From positions 18,476,001-18,540,000 of the forward strand of contig OX597822.1 of assembly GCA_951406725.2 (NCBI GenBank): a stretch of 64,000 nucleotides of DNA, read 5' to 3'. Positions 51,740 to 63,640 of this stretch are shown one piece after another. Position 1 is the first letter of the stretch; the number at the start of each line of letters is the position of its first letter. This DNA is from Octopus vulgaris (taxonomy: Eukaryota). The position numbers were made by a program, and so were the translations under genes. The notes beneath the pieces are model-generated. The model was not told the DNA's origin and did no database searches. It was given only the letters and a program-made list of their open reading frames with translations.

Positions 51740-53325
51740 GCAGTGTTGGCATATGTGGATGACGTCACCATCATGGTGTTGCACGGCTCTGAAATGGAGA
51801 CAGTTGGCACCATCCTAACGGAATATGAGTCAGTAGCATGGGCTAAGATCAATGCCAAGAAATTGGTGGGTTTCCTGGAGAGGCAAGATGATGCCATGAG
51901 ACAGTGTCATTGGACGCTGGACTGACAGACCAGTTAAACTGCTCAGGGTCTTGTTTAGTCTCAACCACCAGGTTGATAAGAAACAGGACAAGGTGGTGAA
52001 CAGGGTGGCTAGTCTTACCCAGAAATGGGCTGAGAGGAAACTGTCCCTGAAAGGTCGAGCAGAGGTGGCAAATGCCTACATCACCTCCTTTATCATTTAT
52101 TGCCTGACCCTCATCCTTATCCTGGTTACTGCTTGACCAAGTTGAAGCATCTGTTATTCTGTTATTTAAATTTCTGTGGAAGAGATGCATTACAATGGTT
52201 AGGTGGTCATTCTGTTGTCCGCATCCTCTGAGTGGTGGATTAGGTTGGATGCTGTGGCTCCGAATGCACAGCCGCACTCTCTTAGGTTACACCACCTGCA
52301 ATGATTTCTGGACAGTCAGCTTGTGTGAGCTCCGTTTGTGAGGCTCATCTTTCTGCAGCTCATCTCTTTGATGGAGCTGCCGTCCTGGGTGAAGAAAAGA
52401 CCAAGACTGGGTGCCTGACACCTAAAATGTTGTTAGGCACTCACAGCCCTTTACCAGTCAGGCAATGGGATTGGTGGATGTTCTGCTTTAGAAATTTATA
52501 GAGAATTAGTCATGAGGAAGTGTGATGGCATTCTCAGAGAGACTCTGCGCACTGATGTAAACAAACTGGTTAGTCTGTTCTGGAGCACTTTCCAACTGGG
52601 AACTATCATGGATAATTTCCAGATGTTCTTGGCCTGGCAGTGCTATGGTAGGGGGGTACTACCAGTTCAAGATAAACTCTACAGGCACAGATATACTGTC
52701 AGGCAAGCTTGTCTGAGGTTTGCACAGAATGATGAAACCATTCTGCATGCATTCATTCAGTGTCCAGGTATTGCTGACTAGTGGGGTTATGTTAAACAGC
52801 TGCTGTCATGTGTGGGATGGATCTGTCTGTTGGCCGAGTCTGTAGTGATAATTACCCTGACGCCCTACTTCAATCGGGCAAGCAAGGCAGTTTTCCTTTG
52901 CTTGGTGGTCGTAGCAAAAGAAGTTGTACGGTGGACAAGGTTGAAAGGCATGAGATGAGAAGAAAGTGCTGTCCTCGAGTGAGTTTACTGAAAGGTGGGC
53001 AAAAGTTGCAAAAATGGTACCTCTGTCTGTGTCGGAGAGAAGGAATTAGAGAGGGCACTCGCTCTTAGTGTTCAGGTAAATCTCAGACAGTGGGGCTCCT
53101 TGATTATCCCTGAGGTTTTCCTGTATCAGGAGGACTACATCATCTCTATCATTCTCCCTGCCACCTACCCACCCTTTTTTTTTCAACCTTTGTATGCTGT
53201 GTATATGACCCTTCTTTTTCAGTGTATACCATATATACTTTTTTTTTATCCTTTCATTATATTGTAAACCCTCACACTTTATGTCTGGCCCCTTTGTCCT
53301 TTGCCCTTGTGGCAAATAAATGAAA

Positions 53326-53327
<2 letters not shown>
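51740..53327 (+). mobile_element. L1/Tx1-clade LINE, 5'-truncated and decayed
   Basis: AYVDDVT...AKIN, KWAERKLSLKGRAEVAN, LPVQDKL...ETILHAFIQC, and a 3' AATAAA followed by (ATT)n. Confidence 0.85.
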
Positions 53328-53359
<32 letters not shown>

Positions 53360-53760
53360 ACGACGACGATGATGATGATGATGATGATGACAGTAGAAGG
53401 AGTAGGAGGAAAAGTAGGAGCTATAGTAGTCCTACCTTTATGGGCAAGGATTCATATTGCTGGTCAAAGTGATCTTGGATCAGTGTGTGTGTGTGGGGTG
53501 GGATTGGGGGCTCCCATGACCGGCACAAGCTGCAGGCTTTCCTCTTTCAAGAGAACTGCCTCATCCACATATGTTTTGTAATCCTTTCTATCCTATTTCT
53601 CATCTCCTCCCCTCCCCACTCTTTTCTGCCCTCATCCAATCCTTATGTAAACCACTTCCACACCACAAAAATTGTAACCTGTCTTTGTAATATCCCCATC
53701 ATCTAACACCCCTTTGGCAAATATAAGAAATTTTTATCTTTATTACTACCTCTACTCTTA

Positions 53761-53813
53761 CTCATCATCATCATCATCATCACCATCATCATCATCATTA
53801 TTATTATTATTAT

Positions 53814-53845
<32 letters not shown>

Positions 53846-53849
53846 GTAT

Positions 53850-53917
<68 letters not shown>

Positions 53918-53960
53918 GTAGTAGTAGTAGTAGTAGCAGTAGTATCATCATCATCAATAA
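53761..53960. repeat. Compound (CAT)n(TAT)n(TAG)n microsatellite
   Basis: Direct reading. Confidence 0.95.
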
Positions 53961-54724
53961 CAAATAATTAGCTTAGTTAACAGAAGCAACACACAAAATT
54001 TGCTTTCAATGCCTCGTCTACAAGACAGTAGACAAATGACTGTAATTATGCAAGAATTTATCACAGAGTCTGACAGTTAGAAAAATATAAATAAATAAGT
54101 ATACAGAAATGAGTAAAATAATAAAATGGAAACCTGAAGTTCCAATAAGACATCAGTATTTCTACAATGCACAAAAAACAACAAAGAACCTTCATCTCAA
54201 CTTATCTCTTTCTCATGTTGACATCTATTTTTATTTTTCTATTTATCTGTTTCTATTTTGGATTTTGTTTCTTAAAAGATTGAATATTCAGTTTCCTGGA
54301 AAAATATTTGCTTTAGGCAGTGAGTGTATGTAGATCTAATCAGCTAGCAATTGTATTGTCATAAACTAGTTGCACTTGTGCATTAGTGTGAGCACTAATG
54401 AAGCAGCTAGGCTTGTTGTTAGCTGGGGAAGAGCTATTAGGCATATGGACGAAAAAAAAAAAGATGGTGAAATACTGACAGCAGTCATTGGAAAATGTAC
54501 AGCAGTCCCCCAACTGGCAGATAATAAGATGATGATTTAAATGCTTGCCTTTCAGCAAAATATAATTGTTAATGGTGATTTTTGTTATAGCACAAAATCT
54601 CAGAGTTTTCGGTCTAACAGCAAAGTCCTGCCATTAATTCACTGCCAGAGAAATGGAATTATTTACATGTATTGTTGCTGGAAGTCTAATTGATATATGT
54701 ACATGTATGTGTATATATGTTATT

Positions 54725-55112
54725 TTATTCATTTACTTGTTTCAGTCACTTGACTGTGACCGTGATGTAGCACTGCCTTTAGTCAAAGAAATTGACCCCA
54801 GGACTTATTCTTTGTAAACCTTGTACTTACTTTATAGGTCTCTTTTGCCAAGTTTCGGGGATGTAAACGCACCAACGTCGGTTGTCAAATGATGATAGAG
54901 GGATAAACACAGACACACACACACACATAAATATATATATATGTACACAGCGGGCTTCTTTCACTTTCCATCTACCAAATCTACTCACAAGGCTTTGGTC
55001 AGCCCAAGACTATAGTAGAAGACACTTGTCCAAGGTGCCATGCAGTGAGACTGAACTCAGAACCATCTGGTTGGGAAGCAGAGTTCTTACCACACAGCCA
55101 TGCCTGTGCCTG
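54725..55112 (-). mobile_element. tRNA-derived SINE (family 1)
   Basis: Homologous to 13371-13784. Confidence 0.85.
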
Positions 55113-55138
55113 TATATATATAAATATATATATATATA

Positions 55139-55602
55139 ACTTTATAAAAATAGGGTAAAGTAAAATAATTTACTTTACCACACACCGAGCTTTTTAGAAA
55201 TAGCAGCCAAAAATTTGGCTATTTCTTCTATTGCAAGAAAAAGTCTCCCAGACAATGTATACTCAGAAATAACTCACATAGGTATAAGGGAAAAACAACA
55301 AAAGATCACATCCATACGAGATACCCGAGGACAAGCCTGTTTCTGGATTAGTTGATTAAACGCCAACATTTCCTTCATCAGCTCAGAGATTTCTTCTGAT
55401 TTAGATTTGAAAGTACTAAGAATCAAACATACCCGTCCGATATATGAAACACCGGACAAACCAAAGCTCGGTGTGTGGTAAAGTAAATTATTTTACTTTA
55501 CCCTATTTTTATAAAGTAATATTTCAAATATACCGTAAATGGTCATTTTACATACCGAACACTGCTCGGTCGAATTGATTAATTCTACCCTTTTTTATTG
55601 AC
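55139..55602 (-). mobile_element. Non-coding fold-back element with a central HHR, in (TA)n (PLE pseudo-LTR-type)
   Basis: Perfect 55-bp inverted arms 55139-55193 and 55463-55517, a tail 55518-55602, and (TA)n on both sides. Confidence 0.8.
55325..55386 (-). ncRNA. Type-I hammerhead ribozyme, canonical core, long helix II
   Basis: Reverse complement CTGAG-CTGATGA-AGGAAATGTTGGCGTTTAATCAACTAATCCA-GAA-ACAGGCTTGT-C-CTCGG. Confidence 0.82.
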
Positions 55603-55742
55603 TATATATATATATATATACCTACATACACACATAAACACATATATATCAACATCACCATCATTTTCATGCTCACTTTTGTATGCAACAAACATACACA
55701 CACATATGTGCACACATACACAAATATATATTTATTTCAAAG

Positions 55743-55927
55743 CTGTGCATTTCTTCAGGGAACAAAGTGATTCATCTCTTTGTAACCTGAAAGTTGGCAC
55801 TACCAATAAACTCTGAAATGCTGCGCAGGGAATCATCAGCTTTGACTAGATAAATAAATAAATAAACTCTGTTACATATATTGAGTACTTTTCCTACCAT
55901 CTGTTTATAAAAACATATCTCAGTTTA
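55743..55927 (+). repeat. 185-bp segment duplicated at 56574-56758
   Basis: Direct repeat with about 4 mismatches by eye. Confidence 0.93.
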
Positions 55928-56316
55928 TTGTGTATATGCGTGTGTGTGTGTGTGTGTGCGCACATGCTTAGCTGAAAGTGCACATATCCTTATTTAGATC
56001 TAAGAATTACACTGCAGAATTTCAGATCAGAAATTTTCAGTAAATGCAGATATGTAGAGAAGTTCCTTTTGGCAAATTGGAAAACACCACCCTCTCCAAA
56101 TAGAGCAGCTGTATTACAGACTTTAGATTCCTTCCATTGTTTCTACACCATTTAGCCTTACTATATCGTCAAAGGGGACATAACTCTATTTTTTTTCCAG
56201 TTTTTTTTCAGTTTTTTTTTAATCTCTTCCACTTTTTGACCCCCACCTTCATCTATTTTTGTCTTGGGATTTCTCCTGTTCTGTTGTCCTGATTTGTAAC
56301 TTGTATACGCCATATG

Positions 56317-56366
<50 letters not shown>

Positions 56367-56503
56367 GGAGATGTACTCGCATAGCAAGTAATTTGATCTG
56401 AGATTGTGTGCTGAAACGAAAACAATTGCAGCGTGGAAGGTGTTTATAAGCCATTTAAGAAACACACAAAAGCCGTTCGATTCACTTCAACATTTAAGTT
56501 TAA

Positions 56504-56553
56504 TTTGTCAAAATATTTTCGTCGCTAAAATCCGCGACCTGTTCACTGACAAA
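56504..56553 (-). ncRNA. Minimal hammerhead ribozyme, G3-C8 core variant
   Basis: Reverse complement of 56806-56855. Confidence 0.75.
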
Positions 56554-56805
56554 AATCCGTGCTGCATCACGACCTGTGCATTTCTTCAGGGAACAAAGTG
56601 ATTCATCTCTTTGTAACCTGAAAGTTGGCACTACCAATAAACTCTGAAAAGCTGTGCAGGGAATCATCAGCTTTCACTAGATAAATAAATAAATAAACTC
56701 TGTTACATATATTGAGTACTTTTCCTACCATCTGTTTATACAAACATATCTCAGTTTAAATCCGCGACCTGTTCACTGACAAAAATCCGTGCTGCAGCAC
56801 AGATT

Positions 56806-56855
56806 TTTGTCAGTGAACAGGTCGCGGATTTTAGCGACGAAAATATTTTGACAAA
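56806..56855 (+). ncRNA. Minimal hammerhead ribozyme, G3-C8 core variant
   Basis: TTTGTCA-GTGAACA-G-GTCGC GGATTTTA GCGAC-GAA-AATATT-T-TGACAAA. Confidence 0.75.
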
Positions 56856-58389
56856 TTAAACTTAAATGTTGAAGTGAATCGAATGGCTTTTGTGTGTTTC
56901 TTAAATGGCTTATAAATACCTTCCACGCTGCAATTGTTGTGTATATATATATATATGCATGCCTGTGTGTACACATACATTAAATATTTAAAATAATACA
57001 TTTGTTATGGACTTCCAGTAAGACATGTACAATGACACAGTGATCAGCTGGAGTTAGCTGCACCATACCTACATATATGTGCCCCACTATGGACAACATC
57101 AGGGAGAGAGGAAAGAGAGAGAGAGAGAGAGTAGTGTGTACAGACATTTACTGTCCAGTTGTGTGCCTTGGGGAGCAAATTTAAGTGGGTAGAGACCTTT
57201 GGTGTAGTGAGACACAGGGTGGCCCCATACACAAACAATGATATTCACCTCAGTACTTGTATTTTGAAGTCTGGCAATTACTTTGTCAGGTTTTATCACC
57301 AAATTGCTAAGTTATGGGGATTAAACAAACCACATTAGTTTGTGTTAGTTTGATCACAAACACGCTCATGCACACACACAGACACACACACAAACACACA
57401 CACACACACACACACACAGGTGATGTATTTCCACACAGTTTCCATGAACCAAATTTACTTGATGTATTCATCCATCTGGGTCTATAGTCGAAGAAAGATA
57501 TTTTCCATGCTGTGGGATTGAACCTGAAGTCATGTGGGCAGGAATCAAACTACTCAACCACACAGCCATATCTGCACAGACATTGATGAGGACGTCTGTG
57601 TGTCTTGGATCCACTCACAGTTACAACCAAGTATGCAGTGTGTGTGTGTGTGTGCGATCATGAAAATATTCCTGCTTGCTGTATGAGAATTAGTATCTCC
57701 TCGCAACAGTATCCCATAATTTCCTGGCATCACTTATGCTTCAGTAGCAGCCATATTACAAGTATCTTGGATTTACCAGCCTCAAAGATGTCATGCCAGA
57801 GGGAGATTTCTCCATCGACCAATAAATACACCAGGCAAGAAACAAAGGAAGCCACTTGATTCAGAAGCTAAAACAAAAATGCTTGACCAACATGAAGAAC
57901 AGAAAAAAAACAAAAGTAAGTGCTCTCCTGAGATGCAAAGGAAGAGTCCTTTATTCTCAAGAATAATGGAGATTGTTGAATGGGATAACTGCAGATCATG
58001 TACGATAGCATTTACTTTTCTTAAGGAGAAAGGATGTTTTTCTTGGATGCTGTTCAGCCACCATGCAGTCAACAGCAATAACAAAGAAACAAGAAAGACT
58101 TCTCCACAAAATGGAGAAATTGTTAATGCTCTGCATGGAAGACCAGATAACACATGCACACACACTCACACAAAACAAAAAACACCTGTAAGCCTATTAA
58201 CAATGGAAGCTGGAGCTCAAAGAATTTTCAAGACTTTGAAGGAATGAAAAGAAGATGGCTGCATGGAAAAAATATTCAAGAGGAATACTACAAATAATGA
58301 ATTATTTGATTGCCTCCAAAAATGATTCCTTCTTCAAAGACGAAAAAATGGAAAATGTTGCTAACTGCATATCTTTTATATGTTTCATG

Positions 58390-58605
58390 TTTCTTTACTG
58401 CCCACTAGGGGCTACACACAGAGGGGACAAACAAGAACCGACAAACAGATTAAGTCAATTATATCGAACCCAGTGTGTGACTGGTACTTATCTAATCGAC
58501 ACCGAAAGGCATTAAAAATCGACCTCAGCAATCAACATAGCAGCAGACGAAATATCGCCAAGCATTTCGCCTGGCATGCTAATGTTTCTGCCAGCTCACC
58601 ACCTT
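58390..58605 (-). mobile_element. tRNA-derived SINE (family 2)
   Basis: Reverse complement of the 34212-34441 type, with an internal deletion. Confidence 0.8.
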
Positions 58606-61600
58606 TGATGAAAAGATAAAACATCTTTTATATGTTTCAGTCACTGGACTGTAGTCTTGCTGGAGCACTGGCCTGAAGAATTTATTCCAAAAAATCAACT
58701 AAAATACTAATTTTTAAAAAAATATGATACTTATTCTATTAGTCTCTTTTGCTGAACTGCTATTGTTATAGGAACATAACCAAACCAACACTTGTTGTCA
58801 AGCAGTTGTGACAGGAGTAATAATCTATTGAAAATCAGTACAAAGTACAGTACTTACTTTTTAATGCATATACTTCCTCTCTCCCCATCACACAGGAAAA
58901 GTCAAATATGAATCGGTCTTCAAGGGACATTCCTGTTGTTTGGCAACCAGTTAATAAGTTGGTAAATCCTATATACATATTAGAAAAGGGCAAAATATGG
59001 AATAATGTGGTTCAAGACACCCCTAAAAAAAATGAAAAATAAAAAGAGACAGGATGACTGCTCCTGTCTGGAACATCAATAATAACAACAACAGTAAAAA
59101 CTAACTTAAACAAGACCTTGAGTTGGCTGTTTAAGCAAGTACTTGGAATATTCTGTTAGTAAGAAAATATCTTTTGAAATTGAACCATTCTGTTTAAATT
59201 AGGAAAAACATATTAGATGTCCCAGATATACATGTCAGGAAAAAAAAAAGGATTGGACAGGATAGTCATGGCTGGAATGCCATTTGTTATTGATTTGCAT
59301 GATCATAGCATAAGAATAGTCAATGAGAAAGAAATAACAAACTGCAAAATGTTATATTTTCCTGGAAGAAAATTTTTTGAAATAAAGTTTGTCACATTCA
59401 GAAAATGTAATCAACTAAAATAACCTCTGTAGGAAGTAGGAAAGAAAAATAATTAGCTTGACAACTAAGGTTTGTTAAGAGAGGCAGGGGAGACAAACCC
59501 CAGAATTTAAATTAATTAATTTTAAGTAAAAGTAGAATATAGTGGAGAGTGAGTTTGATTGTAATAAATATCTTTATGTAATTTTTGCTTGTTTTGTTAA
59601 GATTTTTTTTCCTTCCCTGCAGACTTTTTCAGTAATTTCAAAAATGATTCAAAAATGTTTGACATTCTAAACAATTTCTTAATTTTTAAAATTCTTTCTA
59701 AACTTGAAAAATTTTGGGTTTTTTTTTTTTTGCTTCAAGAATTTGCATTTATTTATTTATTTTGTCATTGGCATAGCAGCATATATTTATATGATTTCTT
59801 TCGAGATTCCATTAAATTGTGTTTTGGTGTGGGAAAATATATACTAAAATAGTAATGACAGTGTTGTTAATGATGATGATGATGAATAACTTATTTCACT
59901 TTGTAAATGTTCAACATTCTAATCATTTTCTTTTGAGAAATCATTTCAAAGAAAGCAACTAGAATGAAATTCTTTGAAAAACCAAAAAAAAAGAAGAAAA
60001 TTTTTTTCAAGAATATTGTTTACTTTAATATTTGTGTCTTTGTGAAATAGATTTTGGCTGGATTATGTTCTTCACTATTTTTGTATTAATGGCGGTGGAG
60101 AAGGATGGCGTTCTAGTGTCTTTTGTTTATTTTAACTCATAAAATTATGTGTAATTAAAATTACTTCATCAGTAAATGAAGGATTTAAAAATATCCTCCC
60201 CCCATCCCCATCCACTCTAATACTTCAATATAAATATCTTTAATAGGTAATTCCAGCCTGAAGAATTCAATATGTTATATAATAATAATAATAATAATGA
60301 TTTTAGTCAGTTGTCTGTTTGCTCAACAATATCTAAATATATGTTTGGGAAATTATTGGCAGATACATTTGTTTGCTTCCTGGAAAACTGAAAATTGAGA
60401 ATAATTTTTTAGCCTGAAGAGAAGGTGTGGAAGGATGAGCGGGAGGAGAGGTCGTGGTGGGGAAGACTCCTGTAAAGGATTATTCCTGTTGAAATTAAGT
60501 AATGAGATTATTAACTGAAAATATGTAAACTTGTCTTGTTCAATTATCAATGTCCCTTAAGTGTTGCATTATCTACACAAGTGCAATCTCTTAAATAACT
60601 TGAAAACAGCTAAATTGAATTGAGAAGAAATAATTAAATTAAAAACAGAATACATTGATAATGCTTGTTCTTTTCTGAAGAATTATATTTGACAGAAGGA
60701 ATTACACAATGTTGTTGTTTTTAACAATGCTGTTCAAATATTTGCTTTTAAATTTCTCATTTTTATATTAAAAAATATATAACACTGCTCCTAATGAAAA
60801 CTGTTTTTCTTTTCTTTTTATTATGTTTTAAATTTTTAAATTTAAAAATCAAACAAAATGTATTAAGAGGGTAAAAAGAAGTGACTTCATACAAAATTTT
60901 AATATGAAACAAATTCACCAACTGGAATAAAAACAAAAAAAATTATCATACTTCAAATAAACTTGCAGACATAAGTCCATTAAAGGCATCATTATGAAAA
61001 CATATTCAAAATTTGGTTATTAATAACCAAATAGTAGAAGCCGATTGACAAGATGAGATATTTCAAATAGTTTCTTATAATGAACTGCTGTCAAATGTAA
61101 ATAAAGGAAATGTTAACACCGGAGATAATGACTTAGTAGATAATGATCTGCTAAGTGCAATTAGCAACATTGGTGATGGTTTACTTAGCAACACTCACTG
61201 GTGAGAAAAGAAAGGATTACCTCCCCTTGCCTTTGAACCCCATCCAAGCATATTCCATGCATTAAATACCTGCCAGTTGTTACTTGGGGATTCGACAGGA
61301 TTCTTAGCGCATTACTTAGAATATATTGAAGTAGTCATTCTGGCATTCTGTGCCCTGAGTTCAAATCCCATCAATGTCAATTGTTTTTTCATTCATTCAA
61401 TACAATGTCAGGTACTGAAAGGAATTTGTCATTATATTTTACACTCTTCCTCTCACTCTCTCTTTCTATCTCTCTCTCTCATTCTCTGTGGTTTGACAGA
61501 GAGAGAGAGAGAGGTTGGCTACACCATGCTTAAAATACCTAAATATGAGTGTGAGGAAGGCATCCTTATGATTCCGACAACATGACAGTATGCCCAATAC

Positions 61601-62946
61601 TCAATCATATTGAACAACCACAGTTATCTGTGGTAGGAAGAACACCAGATAAAAATGCTATCTGAGGTGTCTGCTGAAAATCTAAGCATGGTCCTGTCAA
61701 ACTGTTCCTGTCTATTTATTTGTACAAGCTAATAATGAACCAATGCGAGATCGGGTTTGTGGTGGTTAGGTCTGTTAGATGTAGCAGCCACACCTGCCTC
61801 ATATCTTAAAACAAGGACATGTGAACTTACATGGTTATATGATCATTGCAAATAGGAAAAAGACAGGATGGTCACAGCTGGAATGCTTTTGATCTCAGGC
61901 CTGCACAGTCAGGGTTGACCAAGGGCTAAACAGCAAATTTGTTCACAAGTGATTTATATAGTCATATGACCTGCTTGAAATAGCAGTCAAATATGCCTCA
62001 AATCCTATTCTTCAATCTTAAAACAAAAAGGAACACAGTAGATAAGGTAATCCTTGAAAGATGAGATGGATTTTACAACTGGAATCCCATTTGATCAGTT
62101 CTGCTGGATCAGAGCTAATCATCATCAACAACATCTCAGTGAAACTAAATCTTTCTCAGTAAATATATTGTACCACATGCTTTAAATCTTAAAACACTAC
62201 AACAAACATCCCTGTCATATGATTAAATCATTAAATTTAAGCCCTAGAATGCTGTGCCTACAAATATCCCTACCAGATGGTTTAAGTCCTGTATTTAAGT
62301 CTTTAAATGCTAAGGTCGCAGGCCCTATATTAAAGATGGGAGGGTTACATTTAGGTACATCAATGATGACATGTAGAGAAGTAAAATCTTCTGTAACATT
62401 TGGTCTAATTACCTATCCTATTGAGTGCCCATAATTTTTTCCCTAAGCAAACCTGACGGGAGTATTTCGATAAGACCAACAGCAACAACAACGCCTCCAG
62501 CAATAAAAACAATCACTGTGAAGTAAAGTTTAAACTTCATTATTTTCTTATTGATCTACATTTATTGATTTCTCTCACCTTTTCTTTCTTTTCTTTTCAC
62601 TTACTATCCCATTCTCAACGCTTCTCTCACTCAGTATTCTACTCTCTTTTTCTTTTATTTTCTCTCTCTTCCTCCCCCTCTCTTGTATTGATTCAGTCTT
62701 TCACTACTGCTATGTATAGATAAGATTCTGTTTAATGTACAAGTATGTTATAGCGAATTGAATTCTATTCTTCCTTTGTGCCATCCCTCTGATGCAAGAA
62801 CAGGAATAAAATATGGCAGATATAAGCTACGTATCAAAACAAACCTTTGCTCTTCTCCATTTCTTTTATATCTCTCTCCCTCTCTCTCTCTCTCTCCCTC
62901 CATCTCTCTCTATCTCTCTCCCTCTCTCTCTCTCTCTCTCCCTCCA

Positions 62947-62981
<35 letters not shown>

Positions 62982-63222
62982 TATTTATACGGGAGGCAGA
63001 GTGCTACTTTTATTCCCCATCCTGTTTCTCCATTTGTTAAAATTTAACTACTCTTATATTACCCTCTCACTCTCTTCTGTTGTTCTCTCCCTTAGCTTCC
63101 TCTCTCTTTCTCTCTCTCTCTCTCTCTTCCACTGTCATCTTTCTCTCTTCCCCTTTGTCGTCTCTTATCATTTTACATAAGCACACATACACATTCATAC
63201 ATCCACACACATGCACATCAAA

Positions 63223-63267
<45 letters not shown>

Positions 63268-63314
63268 GAAATATTAAAATTACTAAGTCTCTCTAAAAGT
63301 ATGGCGATAACTAT

Positions 63315-63349
<35 letters not shown>

Positions 63350-63420
63350 TGTATGTGTGTGCATGTTAATATATATATATATATATAAATATATATACGT
63401 ATATATGTGTACATATATGA

Positions 63421-63640
63421 TTTATTAAAGATTGGCTTATAGAGTTACAATTCCACTCCAGTGCTCATGGTTTTTCAAAGCCAATAAGTAAATCAGTTCA
63501 GAGGGTGAATATATAATTTTAAAGACCGTTGAAACGGAATTATAACTCTGGAGGCCAGTCTTTAATAAACAAAAATATTTAACTCTTTTTTTTCTGAAGT
63601 ATTGCTTACTTTATTAGAATTTGAAAAAGACTTGCTTAAA
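63421..63640. repeat. Short fold-back insert between (TA)n tracts
   Basis: 34-bp inverted arms 63421-63454 and 63536-63569 (about 5 mismatches) plus a tail. Confidence 0.6.

Larger units (their letters stand above)
56363..56938 (+). mobile_element. Fold-back PLE pseudo-LTR element with two HHRs and captured flanking DNA, in (TA)n
   Basis: Arms 56421-56566 and ~56793-56938 are inverted, with a tail 56363-56420 and a hairpin centre GTGCTGCAGCAC at ~56789-56800. Confidence 0.85.

Noticed and set aside
60413-60471. GC-richer island with AG/GT borders (PEEKVWKDEREERSWWGRLL)
   Set aside because: The splice sites are weak and there is no partner exon or homology evidence.
62219-62434. Segment with open frames on both strands
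   Set aside because: It is short and neither translation is recognisable.
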